Positions 1-8,337 of a stretch of DNA of 64,000 bases are shown here, in pieces. Each line of letters begins with the position of its first letter. The stretch's first letter is position 1. The translations under genes and the position numbers were made by a program. The stretch is from an uncultured delta proteobacterium (lineage in GTDB: Bacteria > Desulfobacterota > Syntrophorhabdia > Syntrophorhabdales > WCHB1-27), in the NCBI GenBank assembly GCA_963810935.1, contig CAWEPK010000008.1, forward strand, positions 352,001 to 416,000, in the 5' to 3' direction. The notes under the pieces are model-generated. The model worked only from the letters and a program-made list of their open reading frames with translations. It did no database searches and was not told the origin of the DNA.

Positions 1-92
1 CAGAAGGGCTCGAAACCCGAGGCCCTGAGATAATCGGCGAGCAGGCTGGCGAGTTTCGGCTCGTCCTCGACAACCAGAATAGCTCCGCTCAC
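1..92 (-). CDS. OmpR-family response regulator (BaeR-like), N-terminal part, runs off window
   Basis: Manual translation from GTG at 92: MSGAILVVEDEPKLASLLADYLRASGFEPF (receiver-domain start); GTGA overlap with the kinase stop. Confidence 0.85.
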   Translation of the reverse strand, partial: MSGAILVVEDEPKLASLLADYLRASGFEPF

Positions 93-1594
93 GGCCGCCT
101 CGAAGCAAGGGGAAGTACCACGCGTATCAGCAAGCCTCCTAAAGATGATTGACGGGCGGTGATGGCGCCGTCATGGGCTTCTACGATGCTCTTGCATATT
201 GCAAGGCCCAGGCCAGCCCCACCCGATGCCCGACTCCGTGAGCCCTCGACACGATAGAGCCGGTCGAACAGCCTTTCCAACTGCCCGCAGGGGACACCGG
301 GGGCCGAATCCTCCAGCTCGATTACAGCCCTTCCGTCCGTGTAGAGGAGCCGGACCATGATCGCGCCTCCGGGGTCGGTATATTTCAAGGAGTTGTCAAA
401 GAGGTTCACAAGCATCTGCCGCAGGCGCTGCCGGTCCGCATGGACCGTCTTCCACGGAGCTTGGGGCAAATCCCGGCTCAAAGCGATACCTTTGGCGGCG
501 GACTGCGGGGCGAACGTTTCGATAACGCTGTCAATAAGGCCGGTAAGATCGAAGGTCTCTTTGTGATAGGTAAGCTTGCCGAGATCGAGGAGGGCGAGTT
601 GGTATAGATCGTCAACCAAGTGATTAAGCCGAAGCGCTTCGCCGTGGAGTGAGCGGACCGCTTCCGGTGTAATTTCGCGAATGCCTTCCAGTAGACCCTC
701 TGTCTCACCGATCAGGACGGCCAGCGGGGTCCTGAGCTCGTGGGAGATGTCCGCAAACCATAAACGGCGGGCCTTTTCATTCTGTTCGAGCGTGAGCGCC
801 ATCGCGTTAAAGGCGCGGGCGAGCTGCCCCAGCTCGTCGGAGGAGGAGACGGGGACGCGAGTAGCGTACTTTCCGGAGGCGAGATGCTGCGTGGCTGCTG
901 CCAGCGCCCTTATCGGCCGCAGCAGACGGCTTGCGAGGGGAAGGGCGAAGAGGCAGACCGCGACGATCAGGCCCAGCGCCGAGACGACTAGAGCCGATTT
1001 CTGCTGTCTCAGAAAGTGGAGTTGCAGGGGGTCGAGAAAATGTTTCGGCGGCAGGTGAAAACCCACGTAACCAACGGTCTCTTTATTATGTATTATGGGC
1101 TTTAGGCTCACCTTTTCCGTCTCCGACAAACTCCCGAACACCGGTTGTCGGTTTCCGTCCAGAACTATGAAAGGCGGTCCTGGGGGGCCGTGAGGTGGAG
1201 GGGGTGGAGGAGGAGCGCCGCCGATGTTCCACCCAGGCGGAGGACCCGGCAATGCCGGAGGCGGCGGGGCGACGTTGTGCCCCGGCGTCGGCCTCCATCC
1301 CTCGAAGGGGGGTTCCGGAACCCCCGGGGGGTCCAGGCGGCCTATCCACGACCCGGGTTCCGCCCTCAGAAAATCCCATCCTCCATGGTCGGCATAAGCC
1401 TCCTTCACGACCAGGATCAGCCGCTCCAGCCGCGCCTGATCCTGGTCGTGAAGGTATTGAAGGAACCCGGAATAAAGACTCCACTCCACGATGACAAACA
1501 TGGAGAGGAGAGCAAGGCACGTGGCGGCCAGGATCGAGAGAAAGAGCCGATAGGTAATTCCGATCTTGATCATCTTACTCGCAAGCTCATGCAC
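89..1594 (-). CDS. BaeS-like sensor histidine kinase (2 TM, Pro-rich periplasmic loop, HAMP, HisKA, HATPase)
   Basis: ADISHELRTPL H-box, NLFDNSLKY N-box, GAGLGLAI G2 box; start may be ATG 1573. Confidence 0.92.
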   Translation of the reverse strand: MHELASKMIKIGITYRLFLSILAATCLALLSMFVIVEWSLYSGFLQYLHDQDQARLERLILVVKEAYADHGGWDFLRAEPGSWIGRLDPPGVPEPPFEGWRPTPGHNVAPPPPALPGPPPGWNIGGAPPPPPPPHGPPGPPFIVLDGNRQPVFGSLSETEKVSLKPIIHNKETVGYVGFHLPPKHFLDPLQLHFLRQQKSALVVSALGLIVAVCLFALPLASRLLRPIRALAAATQHLASGKYATRVPVSSSDELGQLARAFNAMALTLEQNEKARRLWFADISHELRTPLAVLIGETEGLLEGIREITPEAVRSLHGEALRLNHLVDDLYQLALLDLGKLTYHKETFDLTGLIDSVIETFAPQSAAKGIALSRDLPQAPWKTVHADRQRLRQMLVNLFDNSLKYTDPGGAIMVRLLYTDGRAVIELEDSAPGVPCGQLERLFDRLYRVEGSRSRASGGAGLGLAICKSIVEAHDGAITARQSSLGGLLIRVVLPLASRRP

Positions 1595-2167
1595 CTCTCG
1601 CCGCGGGCGGCCGGGTCAGCACGACCCGGCGAGGGATCGGCTCTAAAACCAAGGGGCGCATCCGTATCCATTATTTTACAACGGATCGCGTTAGCGGAGA
1701 ACAGACTATTCGGCGCCCTGTCCGCATTTCCTTATTTCTTCCATATTGCTGTCATAATCGTCTGTTATCCTATTCACGGAATGCAAGCACTTCGGAGGTG
1801 AGAGCAGTGGCACAAACAACTCGCGCAAAATGGGGGATTCCATCCTGGCATGGGCGGAGAAAAGCGGCCTCTTCTCCCCCGGCGACCTTGTCTACTTGAA
1901 AAAAAGAGGAGGGCCTGCATGAGAAAACCCCTATGACGCGGGTGGGTTGATACGGTCTACAGGGGGAGGGGGCGAAGCTTCTATCGCACGCGGAACAGCC
2001 CCGCGAAGTATCTGGACTTGGAACGGATAGACTCGCCCCTCCACCCCCTGTCCTTTTTCTCCAAGAAATTTGCTTACCTGCTCAAGGCCGGCGATCCTGT
2101 CCGCCCTTGCTTTATCTTCGCATGATACCCGACACGCCTTTCGATTTATTGTGGAGTCAAGACCCGA

Positions 2168-3256
2168 TTACACGTTGAAGCGGATGTGGAGAATGTCGCC
2201 ATCCTGCACAATATATTCCTTTCCTTCTACCCTTGCCAGACCTTTTTCCCTGGCAGCATGCTCGGAGCCGACGCGCACGAAGTCGGCGTACGGAATGACC
2301 TCGGCTCTTATGAAGCCCCGCTCCATATCGGAGTGTATTTTGCCTGCCGCCTTTGCAACAGGCGTCTCCTTCTTCACGGTCCAGGCACGCAGTTCCTTGC
2401 CGACGACCGTGTAGAACGTGATCAGGTCCAAAATGTCGTAACCTACTTTGATAATGCGCTCTATGCCGACCTCCGTCATGCCGTACATCTCCATGAAATC
2501 GGCCCGTTCCTCTTCGGGCAGGCAGGCAAGCTCTTCTTCCAGCTTCCCGCAGATGGGGACAACCTTCCGCCCCGCATGAGCGGCGAACCGGCCGATCGCG
2601 TCCGGCGCCTCCCGCCCCACGGCTGTTTCATCGATATTGGCGATGTAGAAGAAGGGCTTCGCGCATATAAGGCTGAAGGAGCGCAGCAGCTCGCGATCTT
2701 CGGGCGTCATGCGGCCTGCGTCGATAAAGCGGCCTGCCGAGAGCACGGCCTTTACCGCTTCCAGCACGGAGCGCTGGTCCTCGTGCTTCTCCTTCGACAC
2801 CCTGGCCAGGCGGTCTATCTTTTCGATACGCTCTTCCACTATCGCCAGGTCAGCGATGATCGTTTCCGTCTCCACGATCTCCGCGTCCCTTATCGGGTCT
2901 ACAGTCTCGTAGACGTGGGGGACGTTGCCGCCTTCGAAGCACCTGACTACGTGGGCGACCGCGTCCACTTCCCTGATCTGGCCGAGGAACCTGTTGCCCA
3001 GGCCCTCGCCCTTGTGCGCGTCTTTGACTAGGCCTGCTATGTCGATGAACTCAATCGTCGTCGGCGTCACCTTCTCCGGCGCACTCAGCCGGGCCAGGCT
3101 GTACAATCGCTCGTCAGGCACGGGCACGATGCCGACGTTCGGCTCTATCGTGCAAAACGGGTAGGGCTGCGCCGCTACGGCAAGCGCCGTGAGTGCGTTG
3201 AATATAGTCGATTTGCCCGAGTTGGGAAGGCCGATGATGCCGCAGGAAAAGCCCAT
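2168..3256 (-). CDS. ychF: Redox-regulated ATPase YchF
   Basis: GLPNSGKST, YPFCTIEPN, DIAGLV, GEGLGNRFL, C-terminal TGS domain. Confidence 0.97.
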   Translation of the reverse strand: MGFSCGIIGLPNSGKSTIFNALTALAVAAQPYPFCTIEPNVGIVPVPDERLYSLARLSAPEKVTPTTIEFIDIAGLVKDAHKGEGLGNRFLGQIREVDAVAHVVRCFEGGNVPHVYETVDPIRDAEIVETETIIADLAIVEERIEKIDRLARVSKEKHEDQRSVLEAVKAVLSAGRFIDAGRMTPEDRELLRSFSLICAKPFFYIANIDETAVGREAPDAIGRFAAHAGRKVVPICGKLEEELACLPEEERADFMEMYGMTEVGIERIIKVGYDILDLITFYTVVGKELRAWTVKKETPVAKAAGKIHSDMERGFIRAEVIPYADFVRVGSEHAAREKGLARVEGKEYIVQDGDILHIRFNV

Positions 3257-3267
3257 GCGCCCTCTCT

Positions 3268-3816
3268 TTACTGCCTATTGAACAGGTTCATCGCTTTCTC
3301 GGCACTATCCGTAAGAAAGACTTGAATGGCATCGGCGGCCCTGTCAAGGGCCTCCGAGAGACTGGCGCGCTCGCCGGGCGCAAAGCGGGAGAGCACGTAG
3401 TGCTCCGGTTCTATCACCGGGTCTCTCCCTATGCCGATTTTCATGCGGTAAAAATCTTTCGTGCCCAGAGACTCAGCGATAGAGCGCACGCCCTTGTGCC
3501 CGCCGTCCCCTCCGTCCCGCTTGATGCGGATGCGCGCAAGCTCCATATCGAGGTCGTCGTGGATAACGAGCAGGCGGTCCGGCGCGATCCCTTTCTTCCG
3601 CATGAGGGTGGAGACAGGTCCGCCGGAGAGGTTCATGAATGTATCAGGCTTGGCGAGGAGGAAGCCGTCCCCCTCGCCTATCGTACAACCCGCGATTTTC
3701 CGCGAGAAGGGGACCGAGCTTCCTTGCGAAAACCTGTCCAGGACAAGATACCCTACGTTGTGCCGTGTGCCTGTGTAAGCCGTTCCCTTATTGCCAAGAC
3801 CGCAGATGAGGAACAA
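3268..3816 (-). CDS. pth: Peptidyl-tRNA hydrolase
   Basis: GLGN..Y..TRHNVG, KP.TFMNLSG, HDDLD, GGH.G motifs; synteny with rplY. Confidence 0.97.
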   Translation of the reverse strand: MFLICGLGNKGTAYTGTRHNVGYLVLDRFSQGSSVPFSRKIAGCTIGEGDGFLLAKPDTFMNLSGGPVSTLMRKKGIAPDRLLVIHDDLDMELARIRIKRDGGDGGHKGVRSIAESLGTKDFYRMKIGIGRDPVIEPEHYVLSRFAPGERASLSEALDRAADAIQVFLTDSAEKAMNLFNRQ

Positions 3817-3822
3817 AAAATA

Positions 3823-4467
3823 TTATTCCTCCTTCTCCTTGGCAGGCGCAGCAGCCTCTTCCCCTTCGGCCGGCGCAGCCGCAGCAGCCGCCGCAGGCGC
3901 CTCTTCCGCCTCAGGCGGAGTCAGGCCGACAACAGCGACGTCGGGGTTGTCGAGGAGCTTGATCCCCGGCAGGGAGATCTCACGTATATGGATGGAGTCG
4001 CCGATATCGAGGTTCGATATATCGATATCGATCTTTTCCGGTATCTGGCCGGGAAGACTTTCGACCATGACCGCGCGCAGGTGCTGCTCGATCACGCCGC
4101 CTTTTACGAAGCCGACCGGCTCACCGACGAGATGTATGGGCACTTCGACCTGCACGACCCTTTCCATCGACACCTGAAGAAAGTCGATATGGAGGACTGT
4201 GCGGTCCACCGGCTGCTTCTGCACTTCCTTTATCATCACCGGCCTTTCAACGTCGCTCGCCTCGCCTTTCACGGCCATCCTGATGACCGCGTTGCTCCTG
4301 GCGTGCGCCTCAAGCCGCCTCCAGTCCTTTGCGGAAATCGAAAGGGCGATGGGCTCCACGTCTCTGCCGTAAACGGTAGCGGGGATAGAGCCTGCCCTTC
4401 TGAGCTTGCGCGCCTCTCCCTTCCCTCTCCCGTCTCTTACCTCAGCCTGTAAGCGAAGTTCTTCCAT
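3823..4467 (-). CDS. rplY: 50S ribosomal protein L25/Ctc
   Basis: RKLRR.G.IPATVYG, HIDF, VEVPIHLVGE; Ala/Glu-rich tail; prs-rplY-pth order. Confidence 0.96.
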   Translation of the reverse strand: MEELRLQAEVRDGRGKGEARKLRRAGSIPATVYGRDVEPIALSISAKDWRRLEAHARSNAVIRMAVKGEASDVERPVMIKEVQKQPVDRTVLHIDFLQVSMERVVQVEVPIHLVGEPVGFVKGGVIEQHLRAVMVESLPGQIPEKIDIDISNLDIGDSIHIREISLPGIKLLDNPDVAVVGLTPPEAEEAPAAAAAAAPAEGEEAAAPAKEKEE

Positions 4468-4489
4468 GATGCTAATCCTCCTCGTTGCA

Positions 4490-5431
4490 TTATACGAATA
4501 ACGAGCTCACCGACGCGTCATTGTGGATGCGCCTGATGGCTTCCGCCAGGATGGGGGAGACATCGAGCACCCTGACCCTTTCGAGAAGCTTTGCCTTCTC
4601 CCGAAGAGGGATCGTGTTGGTGATCACTAGCTCGTGTATAGGTGACTTATTGAGCCTCTCGACCGCCGAGCCGGAAAGCACTGCGTGCGTGCAGCAGGCA
4701 TAAACCCTTGTCGCGCCGTCCCTTATAAGGGCCTCGGCGGACTGCACGATCGTGCCTCCCGTATCGATCATGTCGTCGAGCAGTATGGCGACCTTTCCCT
4801 TAACGTCTCCGACAATATGCATCACCTTGGAAACATTGGCCTTTTCTCTACGCTTGTCAATGATGGCGATCGTCGTGTTTTCTTTCACCCGTTTTGCGAA
4901 CTCGCGCGCCCTCTCGACACCGCCCGCGTCAGGGGAAACTATGACCAAATCCTCGCTGACGCTGGAAAGATAATCGAGCTGCACGGGCATTGCATAGAGG
5001 TGGTCGACGGGTATGTTGAAAAAGCCCTGTATCTGTCCCACGTGCAGGTCCATGGCAAGCACCCTAGTTGCGCCCGCCACCTCTATTAAGTCCGCCACAA
5101 GCCGCGCCGAGATGGGCGCCCTCGGCGCCACCTTCCTGTCCTGCCGTCCGTACCCGTAATACGGGATGACGACGTTTATGCGCGCCACCGACGCCCGTTT
5201 TAGCGCGTCGATCATGACGAGCAGCTCCATGATATTCTCATTGACGGGCGGGCAGGTAGGCTGTATCAAAAATACGTCCATCCCCCTGACCGACTCCTCG
5301 ATCTCCACCTGGATTTCGCCGTCGCTGAACGTCGCTACGCTTGCCCTACCCAGCTCTATCTCCAGGTACGCGCATATCCTTTCCGAAAGCTCGCTGTTTG
5401 CCCTACCGGTGAATATCTTCAGCCTGTTCAC
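4490..5431 (-). CDS. prs: Ribose-phosphate pyrophosphokinase
   Basis: [32 protein letters not shown]. Confidence 0.98.
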   Translation of the reverse strand: MNRLKIFTGRANSELSERICAYLEIELGRASVATFSDGEIQVEIEESVRGMDVFLIQPTCPPVNENIMELLVMIDALKRASVARINVVIPYYGYGRQDRKVAPRAPISARLVADLIEVAGATRVLAMDLHVGQIQGFFNIPVDHLYAMPVQLDYLSSVSEDLVIVSPDAGGVERAREFAKRVKENTTIAIIDKRREKANVSKVMHIVGDVKGKVAILLDDMIDTGGTIVQSAEALIRDGATRVYACCTHAVLSGSAVERLNKSPIHELVITNTIPLREKAKLLERVRVLDVSPILAEAIRRIHNDASVSSLFV

Positions 5432-5468
5432 TTTAACCCGTCCTCCTGAAAATCTTATCTAACGATTG

Positions 5469-5543
5469 CGCCGGGTCGGAAGGATTCGATGTGCGGATGC
5501 CGGTCCCGAAGAACCGCCTTCCTGCCGCGTGAATCCGATCCCA
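5469..5543 (-). ncRNA. Degenerate tRNA-Gln-like structured element in the prs leader
   Basis: 75 nt; TGGG start, D-loop ACGCGGCAG, CGGT/ACCG arm, CATCC, TCGAATCC, ACCCGG end; T-stem broken; cUUCGg hairpin; usual tRNA-Gln position between ispE and prs. Confidence 0.55.
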
Positions 5544-5654
5544 AACGATTGTATACAGTATATTTCAAGCCTTTCATTCCTGCACGTTCGGCCTTTTACG
5601 CTTTTAACTCTTCAAGCACACGCCCAGGTCCTTATGTGGGCCCTGCTCCAACAA

Positions 5655-5921
5655 TCAGACGGCGATCTTGCCTATCTCTTTCTCGTACGCGTCGAGCACC
5701 CTGGCCTCGATCCTCTGCCGGGTATCGCTGTTCAGTGGGTGCACGGTGTCCCTGTAAGAACCGTCCTTCATTTTCTTACTAGGCATAGCCACAAAAAGCT
5801 TGCTGTCCCCATCGATCACTTTGAGGTCTCTGATAATAAAGCATTCATCAAATATAACGGATGCATACGCCTTCACTTTCTTCTCATTAACCGGATAGAT
5901 CTTCACATCGGTGATTTCCAT
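5655..5921 (-). CDS. spoVG: SpoVG family nucleic-acid-binding protein
   Basis: MEITDVKI..., KAYASVIFD, LFVAMPS, YRDTVHPLN; SD GGGAGG before ATG 5921. Confidence 0.95.
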   Translation of the reverse strand: MEITDVKIYPVNEKKVKAYASVIFDECFIIRDLKVIDGDSKLFVAMPSKKMKDGSYRDTVHPLNSDTRQRIEARVLDAYEKEIGKIAV

Positions 5922-5934
5922 ATCCGCCTCCCTC

Positions 5935-6774
5935 TTAAGCACTGTGAGCTACGAAGACACTGCCTGGACGTCCCACCTCCTCTGAAGCTTTACGAGCACC
6001 TCTTTCGTCCTCGAAAATACCAAAAACGGCGGACCCGCTCCCGCTCATGAGCGAGCCGAGTGCGCCGCCCCCCCTAAGCTGCTCCTTGATTGTCTGTATT
6101 TCCGGACATATCGAGGCTGCAACTGCTTCCAGGTCATTCTCCAATATATCCGCAACTTCGCTTACTTGTGAAAATTTCCCGGAAACTTTATCGTCATTTT
6201 CGTCGTTTGTCAACACGATTCTTAGTCCTCGGTAGACCTCGGCGGTGCTTATGGCCACGCCCGGATAGACCACAACGTACCAGATTTTCGGCAATTCTAT
6301 TGGTGTTATACGCTCTCCAACCCCCTTCATGATGCACGATTTTCCGTACAAAAAGAGGGGCACGTCGGCCCCCACCTGCCTGCCCAGCCCGGAAAGCTCC
6401 CCGGGCGTCAGGGAAAGGCCCCAGGCGTCAACCAGCCCTTTCATGACCGTTGCCGCGTTCCCACTGCCTCCCCCCAGGCCGCTGCCGAGAGGGATGCGCT
6501 TTTCAACCTCGACGGAGACCCCTTCGGGCCTGCCGCATCTCTCCTTCAGGAGCATTATCGCCCTGTATATCGTGTTGGCCGGCCCTTCCGGCAGGAGGCC
6601 CCGGTCGTCCTTGACCGTAACCTCGCCGTCTTCGGCCTCTCTGATATGCATGACATCATAAAGGGAGATGACATCGACGAGGCTCACCAGATCGTGGTAG
6701 CCGTCCGGTCTTTTCCCCACTACCTTAAGGTAAAGATTGACTTTCGCCGGCGAAAGCAGCGTTTTTTCGAACAC
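5935..6774 (-). CDS. ispE: 4-diphosphocytidyl-2-C-methyl-D-erythritol kinase
   Basis: PAKVNLYL, DGYHDL, KRIPLGSGLGGGSGNAA, MSGSGS; start uncertain (GTG 6774, or the ORF-track start 6819). Confidence 0.96.
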   Translation of the reverse strand: MFEKTLLSPAKVNLYLKVVGKRPDGYHDLVSLVDVISLYDVMHIREAEDGEVTVKDDRGLLPEGPANTIYRAIMLLKERCGRPEGVSVEVEKRIPLGSGLGGGSGNAATVMKGLVDAWGLSLTPGELSGLGRQVGADVPLFLYGKSCIMKGVGERITPIELPKIWYVVVYPGVAISTAEVYRGLRIVLTNDENDDKVSGKFSQVSEVADILENDLEAVAASICPEIQTIKEQLRGGGALGSLMSGSGSAVFGIFEDERGARKASEEVGRPGSVFVAHSA

Positions 6775-6858
6775 GTCCCCGTCCTTCCTGCCCGGCCCCT
6801 CCTGCCATGCGTCTTTCACGGCAGAAAAAGCCCCTACACGTCGCCTTGCTCCCTTAGT

Positions 6859-8337
6859 TTACGCTACAGCCTTTATGTCGAAGCTGTCCGCGGACTGCAT
6901 CGACTTCGAGACGATATTGATCTTGACTCCGTAGCTGCTCTCCAGATATTCGAGCGCGGCCTTCTCCTCTTCTACGAGAAGCCCCGCCACCTCGGGCGAG
7001 AGGTGGACGTCGAACAGCTTGCCGTCGCCCTTCCTGCACATTATGCGCAGCCTTCTCAACACCTCGTAGCAGACGGTATACCTCGATTTCACATAGCCGG
7101 AGCCCTCGCAGACCGGGCACTGCTCGGTCAGCATCGTGACTACGTTCTCCCGCGTCCGTTTCCGGGTCAACTGGACGAGCCCAAGCTCGCTGATCGGGTA
7201 GGCAAACGTCTTTATCCTGTCTTTTTTCAGGGTGTCGAGGAGGGCCTTGAAGACGGTCTCCCTGGAATCCTTCTTCTCCATGTCGATGAAATCGACGACG
7301 ATTATGCCGCCCATGTTCCTCAGCCGTATCTGGTAGGCTATCTCCTTGACCGCTTCCAGGTTCGTCTTCAGGATCGTGTCTTCCAGACCCCTCTTGCCGA
7401 GGTACCGCCCCGTGTTGACATCGATCACGGCAAGGGCCTCCGTGTAATCGAAGACAATGTAACCGCCCGACTTCAGCCAGATCTTTTTCTGCGTCAGCTT
7501 GGAGATATCGACCTCGACGCGGTAGAAGTCGAATATGTCCTCTTTCTCTTCGAACAGCTCCAGCTCGGTGTGGTCCGCGGGCAGGTATTCCTTCAGGAAC
7601 TCTTCGATCCTTTTATAAAGGACAGGGTCATCGACGATGATCCGTTTCAGCCCGTGCGCGTGCAGGTCCCTTATGACGCGGAATATGAGCCGCAAGTCGC
7701 GGTGAAGCAGCGCGGGCGCCCTCGCCTTCTTCGCTTTGGCCTGTATCCCCTCCCACATGCGCAGCAGGAAATCGAGGTCCGCGGTAAGCTCGTCCTCTTT
7801 TTTGCCCTCGCACGCGGTCCTGGCTATCAGGCCGAAGCCTTTGGGCGCTATGGTCTTGAGTATCGACGTTAGCCGTTTGCGCTCCTCATCGTCCTCTATC
7901 CTGCGCGAAACGCCTATATGCTCGCTTGCCGACATGAGGACGATGAGCCTGCCCGGAAGCGTGATGCGCGACGTCGCCCTGGTGCCCTTCTGGCCGATGG
8001 GCTCCCTCGACACCTGTACAATGACCTCCTGGCCCTCTTCAAGCACCCCTTCGATGCGCTCCCCTGCCTCCGGGGGCGTGCCCGTCTCCTCGAACTCTTC
8101 GAGCATCATGTCCGCGACGATGTCTCCAACATAAAGAAAAGCCGACTTTTCGAGGCCGATATCGACAAAGGCCGCGTCCATGCCCGGCAGTATCCGGACC
8201 ACCCTTCCCTTGTAAACGTTGCCCACGATGCTCCTGTCGTTCTTCCACTCAACGAAGAACTCGGTCAGGGCGCCGTTCTCCAGGAAGGCGATCCTCGTCT
8301 CACTGAAGGTCGAATTTATTATAAGCTCGGATGCCAT
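6859..8337 (-). CDS. rng: Ribonuclease G (Rne/Rng family)
   Basis: GNVYKGRV, AAFVDIG, IDVNTG, RLRNMGGIIVVDFIDM, C..C.G.G. Confidence 0.95.
   Translation of the reverse strand: MASELIINSTFSETRIAFLENGALTEFFVEWKNDRSIVGNVYKGRVVRILPGMDAAFVDIGLEKSAFLYVGDIVADMMLEEFEETGTPPEAGERIEGVLEEGQEVIVQVSREPIGQKGTRATSRITLPGRLIVLMSASEHIGVSRRIEDDEERKRLTSILKTIAPKGFGLIARTACEGKKEDELTADLDFLLRMWEGIQAKAKKARAPALLHRDLRLIFRVIRDLHAHGLKRIIVDDPVLYKRIEEFLKEYLPADHTELELFEEKEDIFDFYRVEVDISKLTQKKIWLKSGGYIVFDYTEALAVIDVNTGRYLGKRGLEDTILKTNLEAVKEIAYQIRLRNMGGIIVVDFIDMEKKDSRETVFKALLDTLKKDRIKTFAYPISELGLVQLTRKRTRENVVTMLTEQCPVCEGSGYVKSRYTVCYEVLRRLRIMCRKGDGKLFDVHLSPEVAGLLVEEEKAALEYLESSYGVKINIVSKSMQSADSFDIKAVA

Noticed and set aside
1919..1936. 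MRKPL-TGA as a Sec readthrough or lasso-peptide precursor
   Set aside because: No convincing hairpin, no redox motif, no maturase genes nearby.
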